Assembly (NCBI RefSeq): GCF_006345805.1
Contig: NC_043000.1
Location: 39,928,001-39,992,000, forward strand
Direction: 5' to 3'
DNA from: Octopus sinensis
Lineage: Eukaryota
Length of the DNA: 64,000 nucleotides
The position numbers and the translations under genes were made by a program. The notes under the pieces are model-generated. The model did no database searches, was not told the DNA's origin, and was given only the letters and a program-made list of their open reading frames with translations. Shown here piece by piece: positions 25,080 to 37,240 of this stretch. The first letter of the stretch is position 1; every line of letters begins with the position of its first letter.

Positions 25080-25455
25080 ACAAAATCCCACTACACTCTC
25101 GGAGTGGTTGGCATTAGGAAGGGCAGGAAACTGTTAGGAAGCTGTAGAAACCAGCGAGCTGGCAGAGTCATTAGAACGCTAGGCGAAATGCTTAGCAGTA
25201 TTTTGTCTGTTTTTATATTCTGAGTTCAAATTCCGCCAAGGTCGACTTTGCCTTTCATCCTTTCGGGGTCGATAAATTAAGTACCAGTTACGCACTGGAG
25301 TCGATGTAATTGACTTAATCCCTTTGTCTATCCTTGTTTGTCTTCTCTATGTTTAGCCCCATGTGGGCAATAAAGAAATAAGAAACCTTGCCAGATCAGA
25401 TTTGAGCCTGGTGCAGCCTACTGGCTGGCCAGTTCTCACTCAAACCGTCCAACCC
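25080..25455 (+). mobile_element. Family A RTE tail interrupted by a SINE
   Basis: ctacactctcggagtggttgg...tgtagaaacc | SINE | agaaaccttgccagatcagatttgagcctgg. Confidence 0.8.
25153..25380 (+). mobile_element. Full-length SINE family B with 7-bp TSD
   Basis: agcgagctggcagagtcattag...gagttcaaattcc...aaagaaata; agaaacc at 25146-25152 and 25381-25387. Confidence 0.85.
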
Positions 25456-25689
25456 CTGTCAGCTGACCCTACTATACTGATTTCTCCAACATGTACAATT
25501 TCTTACATGTTTCTCCAACATGTACAATTTTGTAACTCATTAATAAAAGACATGTAATGGTGAATAAATAATACCTAAATTTTTTCCAATCTTTTGAGAT
25601 TATAAATGTGTGTGTGTGTGTGTGTGTGTGGCAATTTGCTGTATTTGAGAAGGTGCATCAAGTTAAGTAAAATCACTGTCAGCCATACA

Positions 25690-25942
25690 TACAGGTGTGC
25701 CCTTTACAAGTGCCAGTGCCACATAAAGTACACTCATGTTGGTGGTGCTGTGTGAATGCATCCGTGCAGGTGGCACATAAAAGCACCCAGCACATCCTAT
25801 AAAGTGGTCAGCATTAGGAAAGGCATCCAACCATGTCACAACAGACAAGTGGAGTCTGGACAGGTCCCCCCAGCTGGCCAGTTCTTGTCAAACCATCAAA
25901 CCCATGCCAGCATGGAAAACAAACGTTAAACAATGATGATGA
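25690..25942 (+). mobile_element. Family A RTE tail
   Basis: gcaggtggcacataaaagcaccc...catggaaaacaaacgttaaacaatgatgatg. Confidence 0.75.
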
Positions 25943-25998
25943 TCCCTTTCAGTACAGAACGATACAGAAATTGAGTTATATATAAACCTCCACTATTG

Positions 25999-26056
<58 letters not shown>

Positions 26057-26979
26057 TGTGTGTGTGTGTAGGAAAGGAAGAGAAAGAGTTAAAGTGAGTA
26101 AATTAAAAAAAAAAAAGCTGGTATTGGAGGAGAGCAGGGCATTGTAGAGAGAATTGTTTCCTTTCTTTCGTGTTCTTTTAGAGTTCCATGCTGATGGTTA
26201 TTGATTAAAATCAGCAGAAATGGTGAGGAAAGTGTAAACGGGGAAGTGTGTAGTGATGTGGTGTGTGGGTGGGGGGAAGAGATCAGAGAGAATGACAAGA
26301 ACAACAATAATATCAATAACAACAACAATAGCAGCAGCAGCAGCTGCTGCTGCAGTAGTAGCAAGAACCGAGTAATGGATCAGTAACATGTGCAGAACCA
26401 ACACAATACAACTGGTGATAGTGGTAGTGGTAACTGGAAGAAGGTGGCGGTGGTGGTGGAGGTGATGGTGAGAAAGACTACAGCAGTTTCTTAAATAAAT
26501 TAAAAAAAAAAGAAAAAAATAGAAAATGCCTGAAAGCATTGAACTTTACTACTGCAGCTGCCAATATTAGTCAATATTCCTGAACATGATTGTGTCTAGG
26601 TATATGTAGTATATATGCATGTGTGTGTGTGAAGAAGAAGCATGTGATTGTCATTGATGGGGTGGTGTTCCAAAAAGAAAGGGAACAAAACTTCTGTCAG
26701 TGATACAGTCAGTTTGATTAACCAGTTGAGACTGGCATCTCAAATTCTCTTGAAATAAGCCATGAATGCGACTACGTTATGATGCTATTTTCACATTTTT
26801 TTTTTGTGTACCTAAGATTTTAAGCCCATGTATGAAAATTATCAGAGCACCACCTGTTTTGTCAGTGTACTCAACCTTGTCCATGACGACAGCATTTTAT
26901 GGCAGAAATTTCACAAATCATTCATTTCATCAATTTTAACTGTATCACTGTGACTTTAGCAATCATTTTGAAAACCGAC

Positions 26980-27177
26980 CATATTCAGTCCAAATACTCT
27001 ACCTGTTTTACATTCAAGCTAGCCAGCTCTGGCTTCTCACACCTACCCTTTAATATCATTCTGAGCATAACAAGCACATTATTAAAATCATGTGGCTCTG
27101 ACATAATGAATGATTCATTCAAAGCAATGTGAATAAATATCACATTTGACAGATTAATCTGAATGTTAAAGGGTTAA
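26980..27177 (+). mobile_element. TTAA MITE family 1 (left end eroded)
   Basis: Ends aatctgaatgttaaagggTTAA. Confidence 0.7.
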
Positions 27178-27407
27178 TAATTATATTTAAGAGTGGCAGA
27201 ACTATCAGCACTTGGGACAAAAAGAGCATTGCAGCATTTACCAATGGCTTTTGGATGTTCTGAATTTAAATTATACCTAGGTTGACTTTTATCTTTCATC
27301 TTCCAAGGGTAATGATAAGATAAAATAACATTAACATCAGTCAATACCAAGTTTAACTTAAGCAACTATATCATTGTAGACAGTTCAAAAAAAGAAAGAA
27401 AAAAGTG

Positions 27408-27710
27408 CAGGCATGGCAGTGTGGTAAGAAGCTTGCTTCCCAACCACATGGTTCTGAGTTCAGTGCCACTATATGGCATCATGGGCAAGTGTCTTCTACT
27501 ATAGTCCCAGGCCAACCAAAGCTTTGTGTTTTGGATTCGATAGAGGGCAACTGAAAGAAGCCCATCGTGTGTGTGTGTACCTTTGTGTGTACTTGTGTTT
27601 GTCCCTCAGTCCCACTGGCACTGGTATGTTTACGTCAGTCATCTAAAAATTCTTCAAGGCAGTGCGCCAGCATCGCTGCAGTCTAATGACTGAAAGAAGT
27701 AAGACAGGTG
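27408..27710 (+). mobile_element. SINE family C
   Basis: gcaggcatggcagtgtggtaagaagcttgcttccc...gggcaagtgtcttctactatag...aatgactgaaagaagtaag. Confidence 0.8.
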
Positions 27711-27736
27711 AAAATCCGAAGTAGAAACAGTACTGT

Positions 27737-27956
27737 ACTCTCTTTACTCTTTTACTTGTTTCAGTCATTTGACTGCGGCCAAGCTGGAGCACCACCTTTA
27801 ATCGAGCAACTCGACCCGGGACTTATTCTTTGTAAGCCCAGAACTTATTCTATCGGTCTCTTTTGCCGAACTGCTAAGTGACAGGGACATAAACACACCA
27901 GCATCGGTTGTCAAGCAATACTAGGGGGACAAACACAGACACACAAACACACACGC

Positions 27957-27999
<43 letters not shown>

Positions 28000-28308
28000 T
28001 CGGGGTGAGTACTTGCTAATTATAAGCACCTGTGTATACCGTTTGGTGGTGTAGGTGGTGGAGTAAATTGATCAAAATAAAAACATGATCATCCGCTGAA
28101 TCCTTGGCATCATGTTTTTATATATATATATATATATACATATATACGACGGGCTTCTTTCAGTTTCCGTCTACCAAATCCACTCACAAGGCTTTGGTCA
28201 GCCCGAGGCTATAGTAGAAGACACTTGCCCAAGGTGCCACGCATTGGGATTGAACCCGGAACCATGTGGTTGGTAAGCAAGCTACTTACCACACAGCCAC
28301 TCCTACTG
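27737..28308 (-). mobile_element. Full-length SINE family C with a TA-flanked internal insert
   Basis: Tail ctcttttacttgtttcagtc... to head ...ttaccacacagccactcct; extra 125 bp at about 27995-28120. Confidence 0.85.
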
Positions 28309-28522
28309 TATATTTTTAAAAAATTATTTTTATAATTTGTATATATATATTTTATTATAAATGCAAAACACTACCACAGAGGAATCAACATAAGCTTAAA
28401 TAATAAACCGTGATAGGTGAACTGTGGTAGGCGAGGGGTTACTGTATATACATATAGGTGTGAAATATTCTTCAGTGAACTTTACTCACCACTTGTGGAA
28501 AAAGTGCTTCATCATCATCGGC

Positions 28523-28746
28523 TTAGCACTTCAGCATTAAAACCAGCCATATCTAGCTCAAATATTCTACCTGTTTCATGTTCAAACTGGCCAGATCTGG
28601 CCTCTCACACTTACCCCACAATGTCATTCTAAAAACAAACTCTCCTATCATGGAAATCTCAAAGCTATGAGATGATGTATGATTCAAAATAATTTGAATA
28701 AATAAGCATTACATTTGAAAGGATAATCTGAATGCTAAAGGGTTAA
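28523..28746 (+). mobile_element. TTAA MITE family 1
   Basis: Ends aatctgaatgctaaagggTTAA, the inverted match to TTAACCCTTTAGCATT. Confidence 0.8.
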
Positions 28747-29009
28747 GCTTATCCTGGCTTGATTGACTGATACTCCATTCACTGTGTACTTTGTACTTAA
28801 TCTAAGTAAAATCAGGTGAAGTAATAGGGATGTGGCTCAATTAGAAGGAGTACTGACTAAATGCTTTGCAATATCTAGTTTTCTCTGCCTGTGTTGTGAA
28901 TTAAAATTCTACAGGAGTTAAATTTACCATTCAGACCTATTCATTTCTTGACCATCAAGTTGTTAACTGAATCTGGTGGGTAATACCATAAAAAACCCTT
29001 GTTATTTAT

Positions 29010-29596
29010 GTATTTTTTTTCAACAAAAATAAACTTTAGGGGTGCATAAATTACATGAGTAGATCGTTTTCCAGAATTTTTTTTAGAAATTCTTTTTTGT
29101 TGACGTACAAAATGTAAACATTCAAACCAGAAGTTGACTCATTTAATGTCAGAATAGGTTTTTACAGAAAATTTGCAACACCTGTGCATATTTATCAATT
29201 TTATTTTTGTTTATAATTCTTATCAACTTTTCCTGTGATCGTGATTTGAGAAGACATACAGCAATATGCAAAAGATCGGACATAATCTCTTGTGGGTAAG
29301 AAATGTAAAATAAAGTATTATAAACAGCACGAACACTTTGTAAATTAATAGCTTTTAATGTGATGCATGTTAAACAGAAACTATTTTTATTTAATGAAAA
29401 TTTAATAAAATCTAATCATATGTGAAATTATGCTAAATACAACTAAATTGAAAACCTTTTCCCCCTGGCCATATTGACAATTCTGAAAACTTTTGGTTGC
29501 GAATTTTACATAAGAAGCTTCTTTTAACAAATTTTATCCTGAAAAATCCCCTACATAAATTACACAGGAGCATAAATTACATGGGTTTTTACTGTA
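29010..29596. mobile_element. Tc1/pogo-like DNA transposon remnant
   Basis: End reads tacagtaaaaacccatgtaatttatgc on the minus strand; subterminal gcataaattaca repeats at about 29044, 29552 and 29570; only one end is visible. Confidence 0.4.
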
Positions 29597-30568
29597 AGTG
29601 CTTGTCATGGAGATTCCATGAGACAATTTTAAAGATGTCTTGTTTTTGTTGCTTCCAAACAATTTTAACACATTTGCCTGAGCCCTCAGAACATAGATGA
29701 CTGGAAGAAACATTACAAAGTATTTTGTCCAACACTAACCTACTGCCTTTGACTGGAACTTTATTTTATTGACACAGGAAAAATGAAAGTTAAACCTCGG
29801 TAGGATTTGAACTCAGACTTCAATGAAAAACTGCAACAAATATTCAAAGGTATTTTGTCCAATTCTCTAATGATTCTGCTAATTTGCTAGTTTTTAAAGC
29901 CTTTATGAAGTCAAATAAAATAAATATCAGTCACACGTGCAATACCAAAATTAATTTAATTAATTGTACTCTTCCTTCTAAATTTATTGTCCTGTGCTAA
30001 TGAGAAGCATCCATTGCCTCTGTTATCATCTCCAACACCTAAAAAGGTAATTGCTTCAATTATCTATTGAGATATCAGAGATGAGATTTTGTGAATGATT
30101 TTCAGAACTCACTGCAAGTTCTGAAAATTATTCTGTTCTGAAAGTTAAGAACTAATGAAAATTCTTATATTCAAAAAGGACGACAATCAAACCACAGTAA
30201 AGAAAAACAAAAGCACCAAAAATGAATTTAATAATCAGAATAATCAAAAACCTTATGTGCTAATTACATTCTTAATGCTCCCCTTGTATAATGCATAAAT
30301 GTCACAGTATCTCATCCTTCTATAAAATCTATAGATATACCTATTAAAAAAAAATCAATATTAATCTCCGGCCTATATAAAGAAATCAATAACAGTCACA
30401 TGCTAAATGAAAAAAAAGGAAAAAAAAAAACAAATCAATACTTGTTGAGGCCATTTTTTTAAGCTTGTATCACACTCAACAGAATTGCTTACAAACCTTT
30501 GGAGGACAGTGACCCACATATACTTAACTAAAACAACACAATAAATATGCTTTTTCCTAATTAATTAA

Positions 30569-30795
<227 letters not shown>

Positions 30796-31300
30796 CAAGG
30801 TGTCTTATATACAAGTTGTTGTTGTCAACTGATGTAATGTAATAGGTATAGACTAGGAGTGCTCAGTTGGTTTACTACTAAAACTCCAGCTAGAAGGCTA
30901 CAGCAAAGTATTGTGTTGAGACTGCCTGTTGAGAGTGGCAAGAAATGGTTTTCCTCCTCATATTTTCCTGACTTCTCCCTCTCTGATGACAGTGTTTACA
31001 TAGCTTATGGAATCCGTACTGACTATCAAGATCCACATGCTTTGCTATTCTAGAAACAGCTGTAAAGACAATCAACCTGTTTATATTCTCTATCTAAATT
31101 GAAGGTTTTCCTTTTGTGATTGATAGCAAATATTTTATAGTTTCAATGTTTATTTTAATCTTTTTCTCTCTCTCTCTCTCTCTCACTATCTATCTTTCTA
31201 CATACATACATACATACACACACACACCTATGTATAAATGTGTGTGTGTGTGTGTGCATGTACATATATATGTACACACATACACACAACACATATATAT

Positions 31301-31567
31301 GCATATATGGGTACAGGAAGTCACAAACTGTAAACAACATGAAATACAAAAACAAAAGAGTTGAATACATAAACAAGAGAAACAAATGTAAAACACGAGT
31401 AACATAAAGAATGACTCTTCAGTTGTCGGCTGTCCATCTACTCCTCATTTTGAGCAGTGTTACTTGTCCTGTTTTCCATTTGTTTCTCTTGTTGTTTATG
31501 TATTTAACTCTTTTGTTTTCATATTTCATGTTGCTTACAGTTTGTGACATCCTGTAACCATATATGC
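31301..31567. repeat. Inverted repeat with arms of about 105 bp, Penelope-like end arrangement
   Basis: 31301-31404 versus 31458-31567, highly similar; the spacer matches 32244-32300 in reverse complement. Confidence 0.85.
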
Positions 31568-31641
31568 AAATATATATATATGCTAGCATGGAAAACAGAT
31601 GCTAAACGATGATGATGATGATGATGATACATATGCATATA

Positions 31642-31695
<54 letters not shown>

Positions 31696-31929
31696 TACAT
31701 ATGCATAATATATATATATATTATTTATATTATTATTTGATTGAATGCCATGCATCCATTTCCAAGTAAGATCATCTTAATATTTTTGATGCGACTCTAC
31801 CCTTTACTTTTCTCTCTCTATCTCTATCACTTTCTCTAATTCCTTCTTTTCTCCTCTTCCTTTTCTTTCTTTCTATCTGTCTGTCTGTCTCTCTCCCTCC
31901 CGCTTTCTCCTTTACATTCTCTCTCTTGT

Positions 31930-32311
31930 TGCATACACATGTTCATCATCCATCTTTCTTTTCCTCGTGTGATGATCTTCCTTTTTCTTCACGGCTATCG
32001 AAAAGACTGCATGTATCCCATCTGTCTCTTCTCTTCTGTCTTTCTTCTTGTAAAAGAAAATTTCTCCAGTGTTCACTATTTAACCTTGTCTGGTCTTACA
32101 ACCCTCCATGTTTGTTTTCATTCGGTTTCCTTGTATGTCTCCACTGTCCTGTTTTTGTTACCAACTTTGACCCTCTGCAAATCCCAAAGTTTATTTTGGT
32201 TTGCGGGAGCAACTGCCCTTCGAAGACTCATATTGTCATTCAGTGCTCAAAATGAGGAGTAGATGGAAGCTGACAACTGATGAAGGGTCGTTCATTATGT
32301 TACTTGTCCTG
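31930..32311 (+). mobile_element. Putative Penelope-like element terminal fragment
   Basis: Shares gctcaaaatgaggagtagatgga...gacaaCTGA(T/A)GA...atgttact with the inverted repeat; PLE assignment is inference. Confidence 0.45.
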
Positions 32312-33322
32312 AACAGTTTAAAATTTAAAACAATGTTCTGTATTGTATAACCAGAGGGCTATCCCATGCAAGATTCATATTGTAAAAGTTAATGCCAAGC
32401 ACATTACAAGCCACCTATGTTTGTGAATTGTTAAGAATTGGACACCAACATGTTTGTGACTTAAGCCTTGGTTTTAAGATGCAAACATCATGTCTTCCAG
32501 TGATTTAAATTAAAACCTTTCAAATTTCATTTATGTTCCAAAATTAAAACAAAGGCAGATGGTTCATAGAAATATGGTTACAAAAGGGTCAAAAAACAGA
32601 AGTAGCTTGTAAGCATGATTACATATGTGCACATACGAGAGAGAGAGAGAGAGAGCGTGCACTTAAATGGTAATGAATTGAAGTGGCTATTTAACAGATA
32701 TTCATGTTAGTTTAGTAGAAAATTAGTGAGGAACATCTGGTGTGTCTGAGTCACATACAACTCCTCACATAGGTCAGCATGGTATTGGCATCTAGATTAG
32801 ACACTTCTACTGGTCTACATTCAATTATTAGTTGAACATCCCAGCATTTTATTTCAGCATGAGAGTTAACTAGCATAGCAACCACCTTTCGTTGGTCACT
32901 GAAGGACCTGCTGACTGAACCACTAACAGCAGACAAAATTAACAAACCCTTAATCTATGTCCAATCAGCAAGTCTAATTACTTGTGACAATTTACATCAT
33001 AGCTTCCCATTGGAGGGCGCTGGTGACTAGGTGGGGAGTGGGGGGAGAGGAAAAAGTGGCATTGGGAAGGAGGCAGTGAATTGGGGAAGCTATGAATTTA
33101 TTATAATATTGTACACAAATTATATGATATTATATTAAATATGAAATGATTCATAGTTTATATAAATTAGAAAAATATAAAATATTTATTTATACATAAA
33201 TATAGGGATGTGGCCATGAGTGAGGCGGTGGCCCAAAATGTGTGAGAACCTCTGCTTTACATGGTCATTCTCAACCTAATAGAAATAGCAGTTAAATCTC
33301 CTTCAAATCATAGGCTACTGTC

Positions 33323-33535
33323 TTAACCATTTAGCATTTAAACCAGCCAAATCTGGCCAAAATATTCTACTTGTTTTATCTTCAAACTGGCCAGATCTAG
33401 TCTCTCTCACCTACCCTGCAATGTCATTTTAAAAAGAAACAATCACATCATCTAAATCTCAAAGCTATTAGATAGAGGATAATCTAAAACAATGTGAATA
33501 AATAATCATTACGATTGACAGAGTAATCTGAATGC
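33323..33535 (+). mobile_element. TTAA MITE family 1
   Basis: TTAAccatttagcatttaaaccagcc...gagtaatctgaatgc. Confidence 0.75.
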
Positions 33536-33769
33536 ACATCGGATAATGTAGTCTTATGTATACACAAATTTTGAAAACCAGGTGGGATTGTCATGACAGG
33601 AATACCTTTTGATGACAAGACTTCTCCACCAAGAATGACTTACAGGTTAATCACAGGCATACTGTAAAACTCCACAAACATGCCTTTTTGTTTGATTAAA
33701 ATCTAAATGAAAACTGGGAATGTATATAATACATGATGTGTAATAAACTGTGAAAATGCCCCCATCCAC

Positions 33770-34135
33770 TTATTTTTCACCTTTTACTTGTTTCAGTCAT
33801 TGGACTGCAGCCATGCTGCATGGCTGCAACCCTTGAAAGGTTTAGTCAAACAAATCAACCTAGGACTTACTTTTTTCTAAAAAGTCTGGTACTTAAATTT
33901 ATCCAACTCTTTTTGCCAAACTTAAGTAACAAGGATGTAAGCAAACTAACGTCAAATATCAAGCAGTGGGGTGGACAAACACAAACACACATACAGGCAC
34001 ATTATGTGCGAGGCTTCCACATAGCTTCTATCAACCAAATTTACTCGCAAGGCATTGGTTGACCTATGGCTATAGCAGGAGTTACTTGCCTAAGGTACTA
34101 CACAGTGAGACCGAACCTGAAACCATGATGTTACC
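33770..34135 (-). mobile_element. SINE family C, diverged
   Basis: ttttacttgtttcagtcattggactgcagccatg...gaaccatgatgttacccagtg. Confidence 0.7.
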
Positions 34136-35169
34136 CAGTGCTCAACTGATACTTATTATAGTAAGCCCGAAGAGATGAAAGGCAAAGTCAACCTTGTGGA
34201 ATTTGAACTCAGAATGTAAAGACAGATGAAATACCACTAATTGTTTTGTCTAGTATGTTACAGATTCTGCCAGTTGCCAGTTTTGTTATGATATCATGTA
34301 TTATAATAACACAACAGTGTGTACTATAATACATGGTATTGTAAATTTTTAAGACAATCTAGGCCCCAAAATCAAAATTGGGGCCTATCAGATCTTGATA
34401 CAGAGTTGGGATTGGCAGATATTAATAATAATCTAGTACAGCTCTGTCTCTCTCTCTGTCTGTCTATCTATCTTTTGACACAGATCTTCCAATTAGGTTG
34501 CAGAAAACATACATGCAATATCTAACCTGCAACATATCAGCAGGACAACAATTGTGTGTGTGCATGAGTGTTCAGTGAACCAGTGAACTCAAGATTGCTT
34601 CCCTTCAAATCTTGTTTGAAACCATACAAATGGCAAGGCTATTGGTTACAAACATACAAGACTCCTTTACTTGTTTCAGTCACTAGACCACTCCCATGCA
34701 GGGACATCTATTACTTATTCTGTATATTGAACACCTTAATTGCAAGTTGGTAAATAAACCAAGCAGTGAGGGAAAAAACTCTAAGACATGCACACGTACA
34801 TAAGACAGGCTTTCACAGATTCTAACAACCAAATTCACTCACAAAACATTAGTCACCCTGGGTCTATAGTAGAAGACACTTGTCCAAAGTATCACACAGT
34901 GGGACTGAACCTGAAACCACATGGCTGCAAATCAAACTACTCAACCACAGAGCCATGCCTACCCCTATGTCCTGTTGCAGGAATGTTACAAGAATGGTGG
35001 ATGGGAGGGAGGAAGGCATCCTTGAGCCAAAGACTGGACTGGAAGTTTGCAACAGAGTGGATACTGTTAAAGACACCCAAGCTGTGCCAGGTGGTGGTGG
35101 TGGTGTTAAACAGTGTGCTGGCTTAAGTATACCACCCTAATAGGCCATGGCAGGATTTGAACTGAGAAT

Positions 35170-35355
35170 CTTTTCTACTCTAGGCACAAGGACTGAAATT
35201 GTTGGGGAAGGGGTACCAGTCGATTAGATCGACCCCAGTACACAACTGGTACTTAATTTATCGATCCTGAAAGGATGAAAGGCAAAGTTGAGCTCAGCGG
35301 ATACTTCTAAGCATTTCACCTGGCATGCTAACGCTTCTGCCAGCTTGCCGCCTTG
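35170..35355 (-). mobile_element. SINE family B
   Basis: ggtacttaatttatcgatcctgaaaggatgaaaggcaaag...gctaacgcttctgccagcttgcc. Confidence 0.75.
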
Positions 35356-37094
35356 GATTTGAACGTGGAATGCAAAGACTACAAGATATCCAAGCCTGTC
35401 GCTCCACTCCACCTCACCAAAAGAAAAATAAAAGAAGACATGCTATGCCTATCATGCAGACCTGTCTTTTACAGGCTAATGAGGAAGCTTCTGATGTAGA
35501 TGGTTGAACTTTTAGAAATAGCAGTCACATCTCCCTCAGATTACACCCAAGTCTTTTAAGAAAAATAAGGATAAAAATGGGTGGCCATAGCTGGAATACT
35601 TTTAATCATAGGTCTGATCAATCAAGGCTGACCTGGTACTAAACAACAACAAATGTAACCAAAATTACCAACAATTAATAGTTACATATGCCAATGAGAG
35701 AACTTTTAAGTGGTCACTCAACATGCTAAAGATAGCAGCAAAACTTGCCACAATTCACACCTCACTGTCTTAAAAAACAAAAGGATGCATTGATAATGCA
35801 ATCCAATATTCTCTCTAAAGCTGGGATGGTCAAGCTAGAATACTCTTTCGGGGCTGACTTAATGATGTAACAGCAACCAAAGAGGCCTCTAAGTGGTAGA
35901 TAGCAACCAGATCTCAGATAATATAGTCCCAGATACACAAAATGTGATAGTCGCAATTGACATGTTTGTTTGATCTGCCTAATAAAAATTTACAGGAGCT
36001 AAACAACCACCACCACCACCGAGAGAGAGAGCTTATGTAATTGGTCACTCAGCTAGACATAGCAGCTGAATTTCCCTCAAATCACACCTTACTGTCTAAA
36101 AAGTAAGTCACACAGAAAAATGTAGTTTAGAAAAATATTGAGATGATCAAGGTTGGAAAGGCTCTAATCATAGCTCTACTTGTCTAGAGCTAACTTGGGG
36201 CCAATAACAACAGTAACAGTAGTTAGGAGCCTGTAAAAAATAGCAAACTCTTTCAGCTTAACACCCTACTGTCTAATGAAAGCAAGTACATATTAGAAAG
36301 GGTAGTCCTAGAAATACTTCCTCTGGAAAAAAAAAAAGAGGAAAAGATTTGATCATTCCTACGTAATTAAGAAGTTAGCTTTGCAATTACATGGTATTAG
36401 CTTCAGTCCCATTGCACAACAGCTTGGGCAAATGTCTTCTATTGTTCTCAGCCAACCAATGTCTTCTGAGAGGAATCTCCATCCTGCTGTCTCCCACTCT
36501 CTCTTTCACTTGCACTTCTCTCAGGTTGGGCAACTGTGTATTTTCTTTGCAGTAACACACCTGTTTCTGTTTTCATTCCTGATCTTTCTCTCCAGCTGGG
36601 TAACCTTGTACTTCCTCTACAGCAAGACACCTGTATCTGTCTCACTATAACCGTTTCATCATCACCTCCCTCAATGCTTCCTCCCCTCTTAAAAGTTTTT
36701 GTCTTGCAGTACTTGGTGACCTTGTCAGTGTAGGTGCCACTTAAAAGCACCCAGTCCACACTGTAAAGTGGTTGATGTTCTGAAGGGCATCTAGCTGTAA
36801 AAGCCTTGCCAAAACTGATCTCACCTATGCTTTTGTCATGTAAAAAGCACTATTCACCTTGCCTGTGCTTCTGCTACATAAAAAAGCACTAAGTCCACTC
36901 TGCTGAGTGGTTGGTATTAGGAAGGTCATTCAGCTGTAAAAATCCTGCCAAAACAGTCACAAAAGTCTGCTGCAGGCTTTGGCCTGGCCAGCTTTTGTGG
37001 TACTGTCCCACCCATGCTAGCATGGAACACAGGTGTATGATGATGATTATATATATATATATATATATATATAAACAGTTATCAATTTGTGTTG

Positions 37095-37149
<55 letters not shown>

Positions 37150-37193
37150 GGAGTAAACACATAAATGTGAAACAAGGTGGAAAAATTCTAGCA

Positions 37194-37240
37194 AAAACTG
37201 TCTGATGAACGGCAACGAGAAACTCAGAGTAACAGATTTT
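37194..37240 (+). ncRNA. Minimal type I hammerhead ribozyme fold
   Basis: aaaactgt-CTGATGA-ACG-GCAA-CGA-GAAA-CT-CAG-AG-TA-acag(a)tttt; full core and three stems, one A-A mismatch at 10.1/11.1. Confidence 0.75.

Noticed and set aside
26089-26539. Poly-N/S/Q/A/H ORFs
   Set aside because: Trinucleotide microsatellites with no domain content or convincing splice sites.
30098-30128. Perfect 12-bp hairpin overlapping a possible 8-nt minus-strand microexon
   Set aside because: One such hairpin is roughly expected by chance in AT-rich 64 kb, and the exon is not frame-preserving.
30983-31065. CTGATGA ... GAAACAGCTGTA, sharing stem III with the 20191 ribozyme
   Set aside because: No stem II pairing adjacent to the core and stem I does not form; probably chance.
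32277-32316. CTGATGA-AGGG...TCCT-GAAC as an intact hammerhead
   Set aside because: GAAA is incomplete, there is no stem III or NUH, and the related copy at 31458 continues differently after gtcctg.
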